A DNA stretch of 64,000 nt, from contig CAWHXD010000019.1 in the NCBI GenBank assembly GCA_963833225.1, positions 512,001-576,000 on the forward strand. Direction: 5' to 3'. The stretch is from an uncultured Chloroflexia bacterium. GTDB taxonomy: Bacteria > Chloroflexota > Limnocylindria > Limnocylindrales > CSP1-4. The position numbers and the translations under genes were made by a program. This document shows, piece after piece, positions 1 to 12,845 of this stretch (its first letter is position 1; each line of letters opens with the position of its first letter). Below the pieces are notes generated by a model. It was not told the DNA's origin and did not search any database. It was given only the letters and a program-made list of their open reading frames with translations.

Positions 1-1290
1 CTGGCGAACCTGCTCGTGCGCGAAGGTGTAGTCCGCGGGCTGGCCCTGCGGCTGCGCAAGCAGGAGCCCGGCCGCGACGGCAGGCAAAAGCTCGTCCGCC
101 AGGGGGTCGGCGCCACCGACGGCACCCGACCCATCGACGGCATCGAGCGGAGCGGCCGGCGCGCCGCCGGCGCTGCCCGGCGAGGACACGGGCTCGGCGC
201 CTCCGAGGCGAGCCTGGACCGCCCGCAGGTCCCGCAGGCTGAAGCTGCGGCCGAGGATGGCCGCGTCCCCCAGGACCCCCCGCGTCAGGGCGGGCAGCCG
301 CGCCGCCCGGCGATCGATCAGCGTCCGGACCGCGGACGGGACGAGCCGCGCCGCGTTGCGGCCGAGCCGCCACACACCATCGATCTGCTGGAGCGTGCCG
401 GCTTCGCGGTAGGTCCGCGACAGCTCCTCGACGATGAACGGCACGCCCTCGGACTGCGCGTGCATCGAGGTCGCCGATGCCGCCTCGACCGGACCGCCCA
501 GCACCCGCTTGAGCAGCTCCGCCGTCTCGACCGAGGTGAACCGTCCGAGCCGCAGCCGCCGAAGGAGACCCATCCGCTCCATGTCGGCCACGAGGTTCAC
601 TGCCTCGGTGACGGCCGCGAACTCGTCCGGCCGGATCGTCACGAACAGGAAGATGGGCCGATCGGAATCGCTGCGGACCACGTAGCGGAGCAGCCGGAGC
701 GTGTCGTCGTCGGCCCACTGGACGTCGTCGATCAGCAGCGCGAGCGGCCTGATGGTGGCGAGCGTCGAGATCGCAACGCCCGCGAGATCGAAGGCCCGGA
801 GGAGCTTGGCCTCCGGCGAGAGTGCCTCGTAGCCGCGCTCGTCGCGCCCGGAGATTGCCTCCACCACCCGCCCGACGGCGCTCTCCGCCGGGGTCCCGGC
901 AGTCGAGTCCCGGACCGAGCTCGACGCGAACAGGCTTCTCGCGAGGAGGAACGGGCCCCGGATCTGCTCGTCGGCCGTGATCGCGACGCAGGTGAAGCCC
1001 CGAGCGGCGGCGAGCTCCGCGGCCGCAAGCAGGAGCCGTGTCTTGCCGATCCCCGGCTCGCCCTCCACGGTCACCGCGGCAAGGCGGCCACCCGCCTCGA
1101 CGAGCTCCTGGGAGACCGCCTCGAGCTCGGCGCTCCGGCCGATGACGGCGCCGGAGGCACGGCGCAGCTGGACCGCGAGCGAGCACTGGGGGCCGACCAG
1201 CGGGTCGAGGGCACCGCCGTCCGTCTGCCGGAGCGCTGTGCCCGCCTCAACGGACGCCGATGCGCCGCCAGGCCCGGCGGACGAGAGCAT
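1..1290 (-). CDS. STAND/AAA_16-type ATPase (MalT/LuxR-regulator-like), N-terminal part; continues beyond the window
   Basis: Not in the ORF track because it is open at the window edge. My translation from ATG 1290 gives IGRSAEL...VEGEPGIGKTRLL (Walker A), LLIDDVQWAD (Walker B), SEGVPFIVEEL and YTFAHEQVR. The ATG overlaps the upstream stop (TGATG). Confidence 0.85.
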   Translation of the reverse strand, partial: MLSSAGPGGASASVEAGTALRQTDGGALDPLVGPQCSLAVQLRRASGAVIGRSAELEAVSQELVEAGGRLAAVTVEGEPGIGKTRLLLAAAELAAARGFTCVAITADEQIRGPFLLARSLFASSSVRDSTAGTPAESAVGRVVEAISGRDERGYEALSPEAKLLRAFDLAGVAISTLATIRPLALLIDDVQWADDDTLRLLRYVVRSDSDRPIFLFVTIRPDEFAAVTEAVNLVADMERMGLLRRLRLGRFTSVETAELLKRVLGGPVEAASATSMHAQSEGVPFIVEELSRTYREAGTLQQIDGVWRLGRNAARLVPSAVRTLIDRRAARLPALTRGVLGDAAILGRSFSLRDLRAVQARLGGAEPVSSPGSAGGAPAAPLDAVDGSGAVGGADPLADELLPAVAAGLLLAQPQGQPADYTFAHEQVRQ

Positions 1291-2651
1291 CACGCCTCGC
1301 TCGCCGCCGACAGCTGGTCGGCATAGCGCTCGAGGGAGCGGGCCACCTTGGCCAGGGGCTCCATGAGGGCGGGTGTGCACGCCTGCCCGCAGCGACGGGC
1401 GAAGGCGGCCGCATCCCGAAGGCGCTCCTCCATCAGCACCCAGGCCGCCCGCTGGTGTGGCAGCAGGTAGTCGACCTGGTAGAACAGCTCGAACCCGGGG
1501 CCGGCGGTGACGCCGGGCATGTCCAGGCCGATGGGCAGCGTCGTGACCACGGTGCCGAGGGGCTTGATCGCGGTGTACATCAGGCCGACGCTGACGTCGG
1601 CCAGGACCTGGAGCTGCTCCGGCGATTCGTCGGTATGGGCGAAGTACCGGGACAACAGCTGGAGCAGCACCTCGTTGGTCACGTTGAGCAGGTCCATGCA
1701 GCGGGTCGTCCCGGGGTCCGTGATGAGGGGCACCTCGACCCCGGTCGACTGCGGCCGGACGTTGGCGGCGACGACGGGCCGCGCGGGCTCGAACCCCGGA
1801 TCCGCCTGCTTGAGCTCGAGGTATTCGTCGAGGATGCCCAGGAGGCGTCCGAAGTGGGCGTCGCGCCACTCGCCGCGCGCGCCCTCGCCCTGCTCGACGA
1901 TGGTGTCGATCGCCTGGTTCGCAGTGGCGAGGTCGGTCACCGCGACCAGCTCCGGCCACCGGAAGTGCTCCTCGGTCGCCTGGGCGCCGGGAGGCCCCAC
2001 GAACAGGCGCTCCGAGCCCAGTCTGCCGTCGAGGTGCTCGAAGCCGGCCTGGAGCGAGCGGTAGAGCTGGCCGATCGTGTCGAACTCCTGCAGCTGCGGC
2101 ACGATCTCGTCCGCCCCGCCATGCGGCAGCGGGACCGCCTGCTCGACCGCCGCGAACATCTCGGCGTCCTCGACGTCCATCCCCTCCGGCCGCTCGAGGA
2201 AGGCGAAGTGGCGCAGGGCTGCCTCGCCGAACGGCACCAGCTCGATCCGCACCCCGGCCGGGTAGGCATAGGCGGTCATCGGGAAGTTCGGCCGGGCGAG
2301 ACGCGGGGCGGCGCCGACCGCCGTGAGCAGGTTCTGGACGAGCGCGAGGTGGAGCATCTCCTGCTCGGCGATCTCCAGCAGCGTCTTGCGCCAGCGCTTG
2401 ATCGCCGCGAGCTGGTCCGGCGTCAGCCCCTCGTCCTCGGACTGCTTGAGCGAGAACGCCGCGAACAGGTACATGAGCATCACGAGGTGCTCGAGCTCGG
2501 CGGCCTTGCCCAGGGTGTAGACAAGCGCCTCGCGGTGCTCCAGGCCCCCGGTGTGTGCGTCGTCGGGCCCCCGTCGGATCTCCAGGACGGTGGCCAGCGG
2601 GCCGTGCGGGCCGGGCATGGCACTCGTGCCCGGGGTTGAACCTTCGATCAT
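1290..2651 (-). CDS. Ferritin-like domain protein (VioB/iminophenyl-pyruvate dimer synthase-like)
   Basis: Motifs ELEH..MLMYL, IAEQEMLHLALVQNLL, FAFLERPE, TIGQLY, IVEQGEG and HFGRL. GGAGG lies upstream of the ATG. Confidence 0.8.
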   Translation of the reverse strand: MIEGSTPGTSAMPGPHGPLATVLEIRRGPDDAHTGGLEHREALVYTLGKAAELEHLVMLMYLFAAFSLKQSEDEGLTPDQLAAIKRWRKTLLEIAEQEMLHLALVQNLLTAVGAAPRLARPNFPMTAYAYPAGVRIELVPFGEAALRHFAFLERPEGMDVEDAEMFAAVEQAVPLPHGGADEIVPQLQEFDTIGQLYRSLQAGFEHLDGRLGSERLFVGPPGAQATEEHFRWPELVAVTDLATANQAIDTIVEQGEGARGEWRDAHFGRLLGILDEYLELKQADPGFEPARPVVAANVRPQSTGVEVPLITDPGTTRCMDLLNVTNEVLLQLLSRYFAHTDESPEQLQVLADVSVGLMYTAIKPLGTVVTTLPIGLDMPGVTAGPGFELFYQVDYLLPHQRAAWVLMEERLRDAAAFARRCGQACTPALMEPLAKVARSLERYADQLSAASEA

Positions 2652-2739
2652 GGGGCGCCTCCCAAGGGTTTGGGCGATCGAATTCGCGGAGGAACGCGGC
2701 GCCGGCCGGCGGACCGCGGGCGTGAGCGGAGCCGGAGAC

Positions 2740-3033
2740 TCACATCGCGGCGCCCTCGTCGCTCGCCGGACCGGACTCGTAGAACCGGTCGTCCGGGTAG
2801 CACCACCACCAGGCCTCGCCGGGCTCTGCGCTCCGGATCATCGGGTGCCCCGTCTCGCGGTGATGGGCCGTGGCGTGCCGGTTCGGGCTCTCGTCGCAGC
2901 AGCCTGTGCGGCCGCAGGAGAGGCACTGTCGGAGGTGGATCCACCGGCCGCCAGTCTCGACGCACGTTGAACAGACCCGGAGCGGCGCGTCAACCCGGAT
3001 GTCGGGCTCGAAGTGCTCGCAGTACGACGTCAC
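2740..3033 (-). CDS. UBP-type zinc finger protein
   Basis: CEH...CSTC...WIHLRQCLSCGRTGCCDESPNRHATAH...EPGEAWWWCYPD is the typical stand-alone bacterial zf-UBP pattern. Confidence 0.9.
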   Translation of the reverse strand: MTSYCEHFEPDIRVDAPLRVCSTCVETGGRWIHLRQCLSCGRTGCCDESPNRHATAHHRETGHPMIRSAEPGEAWWWCYPDDRFYESGPASDEGAAM

Positions 3034-3293
3034 GTGGCAACTCGGGCAGCGACCTGCAGTGTGCGGATCCTGCGTGGCAGGTCTCGTTGCCCGGACACTA
3101 CCACCGAACGCCCGGTGGGCTCATGCGGCGAGCGCAGGTCGGACGTCCGGGCTCCGGCGAGAGCGCGAACGCCCAGGGCCGGCCACGGATGACGACCGGT
3201 CGTGATCGATTCGCACCAACGTGCGAGGATTGGAGCAACCCTGAATGTCGGCAGTCATGCCATGGACGAACCGGCGGGGCCGTCAGGAGCCCA

Positions 3294-6169
<2,876 letters not shown>

Positions 6170-6173
<4 letters not shown>

Positions 6174-7084
6174 GGATCCTCATCGCCGACGACGACGTGA
6201 CGTCTCGGCTCGTGCTCATCGGGGTGCTCCGCAAGCACGGCCACGACATCGTGGCCGCCGTGGACGGGGCGGAGGCCTGGGAGATGATGCGCCGACCGAA
6301 TGCGCCGGCCCTGGCCATCCTGGACTGGATGATGCCCGGGCTCTCCGGCGTCGAGGTCTGCCGCCGTATCCGTGACCTCCACCAGGACCAGCGGCCCTAC
6401 CTCCTCATCCTCACGTCCCGCGGCGAGAAGACCGACGTCGTCGCGGGGCTCGAGGCCGGGGCGGACGACTACCTGGCCAAGCCATTCGATCCGGGCGAGC
6501 TGCGCGCCCGGGTGGACGTGGGCCGGCGGATGATCGACCTCCAGGTCCAGCTGCGCAAGGCGCACGCGGCCGTCACCCACGCTGCCATGCATGACCCGCT
6601 GACCGGCGTCCTGAACCGTCGGGCGTTTGGCGAGGTCCTGACCCGGGCGGTGTCTGAGCAGCGCCGCCACCATGGGGGGCTGGCCCTCGGGATCTGCGAC
6701 GTCGACGAGTTCAAGAAGATCAATGACGCCAAGGGCCACCAGGCGGGAGACAAGGTGCTGTGCGGGCTCGTCCGCGTGGTCGCCGGCACGCTCCGCGGGC
6801 AGGACGTCCTGAGCCGGTACGGCGGCGACGAGTTCGTCGCCCTGGCGGAACAAATCAGCGAGGCCGACGCCGGGAGGTTGTTCGAGCGAGTGCGCGCGGC
6901 CGTCGCCGCCGATGCCATCGCCACGAGGGCGGGGGACGTGCCGGTCACGATCAGCTTCGGGGTCGCCACGTGGCGGGACGATGACACCGAGGACCAGCTG
7001 CTCGCGAGGGCCGATGCCGCCCTGTACCGGGCCAAGAGCGAGGGGCGAGATCGAGTCTGCCTCGACGGTGAACCGGCGCCATGA
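6170..7084 (+). CDS. Response-regulator diguanylate cyclase (REC-GGDEF)
   Basis: REC domain (ILDWMMP), HDPLTGVLNRR, RGQD I-site and intact RYGGDEF. ATGA overlap with the kinase. Confidence 0.95.
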
Positions 7085-7148
7085 CGTCGTCGCAGGACGG
7101 CACGCCCGCCACCGATACCGAGGACGTGACACCCCCGAGACAGCCCTA

Positions 7149-7198
7149 TTGACCCTGCGCCACCCCCGGTGGTAGCGTCCGCAAGTCATCTTATGACT
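7149..7198 (+). promoter_or_regulatory. Sigma70-like promoter with a palindromic operator candidate
   Basis: TTGACC (7149-7154), 18-nt spacer, TG-n-TAGCGT (7170-7178), then the inverted repeat AGTCAT-CTT-ATGACT (7184-7198) just before ATG 7200. Confidence 0.6.
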
Positions 7199-7199
7199 G

Positions 7200-8703
7200 A
7201 TGACTTTTGAGGACCGGGCTATCCACGTCATCGGCTGCGACGTTGGCTCCCAGAGTCTCAAGGGTGTCCTGGTGGACGGCGACGCGCGCGTCGTCGCCGA
7301 GGCGGCCGAGGCTTATCCGATCACGTATCCGCGCGCAGGCTGGGCGCAGCAGGATCCGCTCCAGTGGACGGCGGCCCTTCGTCAGGTGATCCGCCAGCTC
7401 CTTGAGAGAAGTGGGGTTGACGGGTGCTCCGTGGCCGCAATCGGCCTCGCCTCCCAGGTGGATGGTGCGGTGGCCGTCGACGAGTCGCTGCGCCCGCTTG
7501 GCCCCGGCATCATCTGGATGGACAGGCGCGCCACGCGTCAGACGGAGCGCCTGCGCCGGGAAGTGGACCCGCAGGACGCCCTCCGGATCACCGGCCTCAA
7601 CATCGACGCCGCCCACGTCGCGCCGAAGATCCTCTGGCTCCGCGACGAGCACTCGGAGCAGGTCGCACGGACCCGGGCCTATCTCCTGCCGGGGTCGTTC
7701 GTTGTGGCCGACCTGACCGGGGAGGTGGTGGTCGACCATGCCAACGCCTCGTCCACGCTCCTCTACGACATCACGCGCCGGGACTGGTCGCCGCGGATGC
7801 TGGATGCCGCGGGGCTGGATCCAGGCCCTCCTTGGCCCGATCGCGGCCGCGCACGCGATCGCGGGGACGCTCCGGCCGGCGGTCGCGACGGAGCTGGGCC
7901 TCGATCCGGGCTGCCGGGTGGTCGTCGGGACGGGCGACGAGCATGGTGCCTGCCTCGGCGCGGGCGGGATCCGGGAGGACGTGCTGTGCGACATCACCGG
8001 GACGGCCGAGCCGGTGGCGTGCGCATCCACCGGACCCGTCATCGACCCCACCGGCCTGGTCGAGACGCACGGCCACGCGGATGACCGGGTCTGGCTCGTG
8101 GAGAACCCCGGCTTCGTCTCAGGAGGGAGCGTGCGCTGGTACCTCGGCATCACCGGTGAGGATGAGCGGAGCCTCGACCTGGCCTCCCAGGTCCCCCCGG
8201 GCAGCGATGGCGTGACCTTCCTTGCCGCGCTGAGCGGCGCCACGACACCTCGCTGGAACGAGCACGCGCGGGGCGTATTCGCGGGCCTCGGGCTCAACCA
8301 CGGAAAGCCCCATCTTGCCCGCGCCCTGCTGGAGGGGTGCACCTTCGCGCTGCGCGACCTCGTCGACCGGTTCCACGAGCTGGGGCTGGGAGGCCCCGAG
8401 CTCCGGGTGGTGGGCGGTGGCGCCCGAAGCGACGTCTGGCTCCAGATGAAGGCGGATGTCACGGGGCGGACGGTCCGGACCGTCGTCGCCCGCGAGGCCA
8501 CCGCGATCGGCGCCGCGCAGCTGGCCGGAGTCGGCGCAGGGCTGTTCCGCGATCTCGACGAGGCGGTCGACCGGCTCACCCGGCTGGGACCACGGGCCTA
8601 CGAACCGGACCCGGCCACCCGCGCCGCCTACGACGACGCATACGGGCGGTACCGGCGCCTCTTCGATGCCATCGATCCGCTGACGATGCCGACGAGCGCC
8701 TGA
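7200..8703 (+). CDS. FGGY-family carbohydrate kinase (xylulokinase-like); apparent frameshift near 7820
   Basis: N half has IGCDVGSQSLKG, WAQQDP and IIWMDRRA. The C half, in another frame, has GTGDEHGA, DITGTA, ALLEGC, VVGGGARS and ATAIGAA. Confidence 0.88.
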
Positions 8704-10127
8704 TGACGCTCACGACCCTCCCGGTGGACCTCGACGAGTTCCGGCGCGTCCTTGCGGACGGGCCCGCCGGTAGCGGACTGCAGTCGATCGGGCTCCGCGA
8801 GGCGGCCATCCGTGAGGGCGCCCTTGATCAGCTCGTGCCGGCCATCCTCCGGCTCGTCACCCCTGGCGCCCAAGTCGTGGTCCTGATGGATGCCACGCCG
8901 ATGCACCGCGGCGAGCAGGACCTCAAGATCCTGGTCCCCTCGCTCCTCGCGACCCAATTCCCGGTGCGGGTGGAGGTGCTGGGGCGGGACCGAGTTGAGC
9001 TCCACGCAGACGAGGCTGCGCTGGCGGAAGCGGACCGGGCGATCATGGGCGCGGCCTGTGTCGTGACGCTCGGCTCGGGCACGGTCACCGATCTCGGCAA
9101 GGATGCGACCTTCCGTGCCGGCGGAGTCCCGCTCGTAGTCGTCCAGACGGCTGTCTCCGTGAACGCGTTCTCGGATGACATGGCCGTTCTCCTGCGGAAC
9201 GGCGTCAAGCGGACGGTGCCGTCCCACTGGCCGAGCGCCCTGATCGTGGACCTCGAGACCATCGCCGACGCCCCTCCGTCGATGAACCGCGCGGGTTTCG
9301 GGGAGCTCATCTCCATGTTCACGGCTCCGGCCGACTGGTACCTGGCCTCCGCGACGGGGATGGACGACTCCTACGACGGGCGGGTCGTACAGCTGTTCCG
9401 CGAGCGCGCCGACCAGCTTCTCGCGATCGCGACGGGGGTCGCGGAGCGGCGCCCGGATGCGCTCGCGGAGCTGGCCGGCCTGATGACCCTGACCGGCATC
9501 GCGATGGGTGCCGCCGGCCGCACCGCACCGCTGTCCGGCATGGAGCACACCGTGAGCCACCTGCTCGACATGGCGGCGGAACAGGCGGGTCGTCCGCTGG
9601 CGTTTCACGGGGCCCAGGTCGGTGCCGCGGCCGCGGTCACCGCCGTCGTCTGGCGGCGGTTCCTGGAGCGGTTCGACCCGGCGAGCCTGCTGGATGAGGC
9701 GGCCTATCCGTCCGCGGCCGAGATGGAGCCCCGGGTACGTGAAGCGTTCCACGGACTCGATCCGAGCGGCCGGGTCGGCGACGAGTGCTGGCGGGACTAC
9801 GCGCAGAAGCTGGATCGGTGGAGGAGCCGTCGCGCGCACGCCGAGGCGTTTGTCCGCGCTTGGCCGGAGCATCGCACTCGGATCGAAGCGATCCTCGTGG
9901 CCCCGGGCGCGATCGCCGGTGCGCTCCACCGCGCGGGGGCGCCGGCCCGGTTCAGCGAGCTGGACCCGCCCATGGACGCCGCGACGGTGCGCTGGGCGAT
10001 CGGGAGCTGCCACCTGATGCGCAACCGGTTCACCATCACGGACCTGGCCTCGTTCACGGGCCAGTGGGGCGAGGCTGCTGTCGACGAGGTGCTCGCCGAG
10101 GCGACGACCATGGGTGTGGGCCTGTGA
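8703..10127 (+). CDS. sn-glycerol-1-phosphate dehydrogenase-like protein (AraM/EgsA, iron-containing ADH superfamily)
   Basis: LGSGTVTDLGK, TAVSVNAFS, SGMEHTVSH and HGAQVG. TGATG coupling to the kinase. Confidence 0.82.
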   Translation: MTLTTLPVDLDEFRRVLADGPAGSGLQSIGLREAAIREGALDQLVPAILRLVTPGAQVVVLMDATPMHRGEQDLKILVPSLLATQFPVRVEVLGRDRVELHADEAALAEADRAIMGAACVVTLGSGTVTDLGKDATFRAGGVPLVVVQTAVSVNAFSDDMAVLLRNGVKRTVPSHWPSALIVDLETIADAPPSMNRAGFGELISMFTAPADWYLASATGMDDSYDGRVVQLFRERADQLLAIATGVAERRPDALAELAGLMTLTGIAMGAAGRTAPLSGMEHTVSHLLDMAAEQAGRPLAFHGAQVGAAAAVTAVVWRRFLERFDPASLLDEAAYPSAAEMEPRVREAFHGLDPSGRVGDECWRDYAQKLDRWRSRRAHAEAFVRAWPEHRTRIEAILVAPGAIAGALHRAGAPARFSELDPPMDAATVRWAIGSCHLMRNRFTITDLASFTGQWGEAAVDEVLAEATTMGVGL

Positions 10128-10975
10128 GCGCCCCGGCGCGCCCGACGAGTTACTTCCGGGGGTACGTGTTCGACCTCGATGGCACGCTCTACCTCGGCGA
10201 CTCGCTCCTCCCCGGCGCTGCAGAGACGGTGCGGCTGATCCGCGCGAACGGCTCCCGGGTGGCGTTCCTCACCAACAAGCCCCTCGAGCTCCCGGCCGAC
10301 TACGCGGCCAAGCTGACCGCGCTCGGCATCCCGGCGGTCGAGAGCGACGTTGTCTCGTCCACGGACGCCCTGCGGCTCTATCTCCGCGAGCATGCCGCCG
10401 GGGCGCGGATCTTCACCGTCTCCGAGCCGGTCGTTGCCGGCCTGCTCCGGGATGACGGGTTCACGCTGACCGACGATCCGGCGCAGATCGACGTCGTCGT
10501 GGTCTCGTTCGATCGCACCTTCGACTACGCGAAGCTGCTCACCGCTTTCCTTGCCGTCCGGCGCGGCGCCCGGATCGTGGCGACCAACCCGGACCCGTAC
10601 TGCCCGACGCCCGAAGGCGGTCTCCCGGACTGTGCGGCGATGCTCGCCGCGATCGAGACCGCGAGCGGTGGGCGGGCGGAGGCGATCGTCGGCAAGCCGT
10701 CGGCCCACATGTCACGCGCCGTTCTGGAGCGGCTGGGCCTGGAGGCGGGCGAGACGATCCTGGTCGGCGACCGGTTGCTGACGGACATCGCGATGGCACG
10801 GGCGGCCGGGATGGCATCCGCCCTGGTCCTGACGGGTGCCACCAGCGCTGCGGACCTCGCCGCGAGCGAGATCCGTCCCGACTTCATTCTCGATGGCGCC
10901 CACGAGCTCATCCCGGATGGCTCCGTAGCCGTTGAGTCCATACCCCAGCTCCCGACAGCGCCCGCACACGGGTAA
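10124..10975 (+). CDS. HAD-IIA family phosphatase (NagD/AraL-like)
   Basis: FDLDGTLY, FLTN, ATNPD, VGKPS and VGDRLLTDI. GTGA overlap. Confidence 0.92.
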   Translation: MSAPARPTSYFRGYVFDLDGTLYLGDSLLPGAAETVRLIRANGSRVAFLTNKPLELPADYAAKLTALGIPAVESDVVSSTDALRLYLREHAAGARIFTVSEPVVAGLLRDDGFTLTDDPAQIDVVVVSFDRTFDYAKLLTAFLAVRRGARIVATNPDPYCPTPEGGLPDCAAMLAAIETASGGRAEAIVGKPSAHMSRAVLERLGLEAGETILVGDRLLTDIAMARAAGMASALVLTGATSAADLAASEIRPDFILDGAHELIPDGSVAVESIPQLPTAPAHG

Positions 10976-10986
10976 ACGGAGGTCCC

Positions 10987-11664
10987 ATGGTCGAGTTCAT
11001 CTTCATGCTCACCTGGCACGACGCGACCGTCCCGGACGCCCTCGCCGTCTATGACGAGATCCGGTCGCTTCCGTTCAAGTACGTGGGGTTCAAGGACATC
11101 GGGCAGCCGACACCCGTGCTGCGCCGACTGGCCGAGGAGATGCATGCCGACGGCCGGGTGGCGATGCTCGAGGTCGTCTCGGAGCACGTCGATGCGGAGC
11201 TCAGGAGCATCGCGGCCGCGCGGGAGATCGGCGTGGACTGGGTCCTCGGTGGGACGCACGCGGTGGAGGCGCTGCCGCTCCTCGACGGCTCGGGACTCCG
11301 GTACTGTCCCTTTCCCGGGACGGTCGTCGGCCACCCGAGCGTCCTGACCGGGACGATCGAGGGGATCGCCGAGAGCGCCCGATCGCTCGGCGCCCTGCCC
11401 GGCGTGCACGGCCTCGACCTGCTGGCGTACCGGTTCGGAGGCGATGTCGAGCGCCTCATCAAGGAGGTCGTCGCCGCCTCCGCCGGCCCGGTCATCGCCG
11501 CCGGCAGCATCGACACGCTCGAGCGGATCCAGGGGCTTGATCGCCTCGGCGCCTGGGCCTTCACCGTGGGCAGTGCGATCTTCGAGAACCGGTTCCCGGC
11601 CGCTCACAACGTCCGAGCGCAGACGGAGTACGTCCTTCGGGCGGCCGGTGGGGGAGCGCCATGA
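10987..11664 (+). CDS. Uncharacterised phosphate-binding TIM-barrel protein (possible aldolase/decarboxylase/isomerase)
   Basis: Alternating beta/alpha pattern, VGFKDIG, and C-terminal AAGSI...FTVGSAIF resembling phosphate-binding barrel motifs. GGAGG RBS. Confidence 0.6.
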   Translation: MVEFIFMLTWHDATVPDALAVYDEIRSLPFKYVGFKDIGQPTPVLRRLAEEMHADGRVAMLEVVSEHVDAELRSIAAAREIGVDWVLGGTHAVEALPLLDGSGLRYCPFPGTVVGHPSVLTGTIEGIAESARSLGALPGVHGLDLLAYRFGGDVERLIKEVVAASAGPVIAAGSIDTLERIQGLDRLGAWAFTVGSAIFENRFPAAHNVRAQTEYVLRAAGGGAP

Positions 11665-12806
11665 GCAGTCCCGCGCCGCTGGTTCCCGTCGAGCCCGACG
11701 ACCGCGCCGATGTCGAAGTGATCGATATCGTGAAGGACTTCGGCGACGTCCGCGCGGTCGACAAGGTCTCCTTCGCGCTCGAGCCCGGGACGTTCTTCGC
11801 CCTGCTGGGGCCGTCCGGCTGCGGCAAGACGACGCTGCTCAGGATGATCGCGGGGCTCGAGGAGCCGTCCACGGGCGACATCCGGATCGGCGGCCGGTCG
11901 GTTACCGACGTCCCCGCCTACCGGCGCCACGTGAACACGGTGTTCCAGCAATACGCGCTGTTCCCCCACATGGATGTCGCGAAGAACGTCGGCTACGGAC
12001 CACGGCAGCAGAAGCGCTCCGCGGCTGACCGCGAGCGCGCCGTCGAGGAGGCCCTCCGGCTCGTGAGGCTGGAGTCGTACGGCCACCGCCGGACGTGGGA
12101 GCTGTCCGGCGGTCAGCAACAGCGGGTCGCCCTGGCCCGGGCCCTGATCAACGAGCCGACGGTGCTTCTCCTCGACGAGCCGCTCGGGGCGCTCGACCTG
12201 AAGTTGCGCCGGGAGATGCAGGTCGAGCTCAAGCGCCTCCAGCGGGAGGTCGGGATCACCTTCATCTTCGTCACCCACGACCAGAACGAGGCCCTGTCGA
12301 TGGCGGACCGGATCGCCGTCATGCGCGGCGGCCGGGTGTTGCAGGACGCCTCGCCGTCCACGGTGTACGAGGCGCCTGTCGATCGGTGGGTCGCGACCTT
12401 CGTGGGCCGCATGAACTTCTTCGCGGCGACGGTCGTCGAGCGGGATGCGCAGCGCGCGGACGGATGGATCGTCCGGACGGACCGCGGCCTCGTGGTCCCG
12501 GCCAGCAGCGGCTCGGACGGTCTTGCCGCCGGCAGCGCCACGACGCTCGCCATCCGCCCCGAACGCGTCAACGTCCGCATCCCGGACCCCGGCCAGCCTT
12601 CGGGGCAGCCGGCGACCATCGCCTCCACCGCCTACCTCGGCGACCAGATTGAGCTCACCCTGGATTGCCCGGTTCTCGGCGAGGTCCTTGCCAGCATCCC
12701 CAACGACGGACGGCTCCCCGCCGGCTCCGCGAACCCCGGAGAGGAGGTGGTGATCGACTGGCTGTCGGAATCGGCGCGTCTCGTGGTCGACGGATCAATG
12801 AATTGA
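11661..12806 (+). CDS. potA: Spermidine/putrescine-type ABC transporter ATP-binding protein
   Basis: GPSGCGKTT, VFQQYALFPH, LSGGQQQR, LLDEPLGALD, VTHDQ and a C-terminal TOBE-like region. Confidence 0.88.
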   Translation: MSSPAPLVPVEPDDRADVEVIDIVKDFGDVRAVDKVSFALEPGTFFALLGPSGCGKTTLLRMIAGLEEPSTGDIRIGGRSVTDVPAYRRHVNTVFQQYALFPHMDVAKNVGYGPRQQKRSAADRERAVEEALRLVRLESYGHRRTWELSGGQQQRVALARALINEPTVLLLDEPLGALDLKLRREMQVELKRLQREVGITFIFVTHDQNEALSMADRIAVMRGGRVLQDASPSTVYEAPVDRWVATFVGRMNFFAATVVERDAQRADGWIVRTDRGLVVPASSGSDGLAAGSATTLAIRPERVNVRIPDPGQPSGQPATIASTAYLGDQIELTLDCPVLGEVLASIPNDGRLPAGSANPGEEVVIDWLSESARLVVDGSMN

Positions 12807-12845
12807 CCCACCCTGATCCACGGCAAGCACGGAGGAGTGAAGTCG

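Noticed and set aside
8703-10127. G1P dehydrogenase as evidence of archaeal-type lipid synthesis
   Set aside because: No GGGP/DGGGP synthase is in the window, and the context is catabolic, as for Bacillus AraM.
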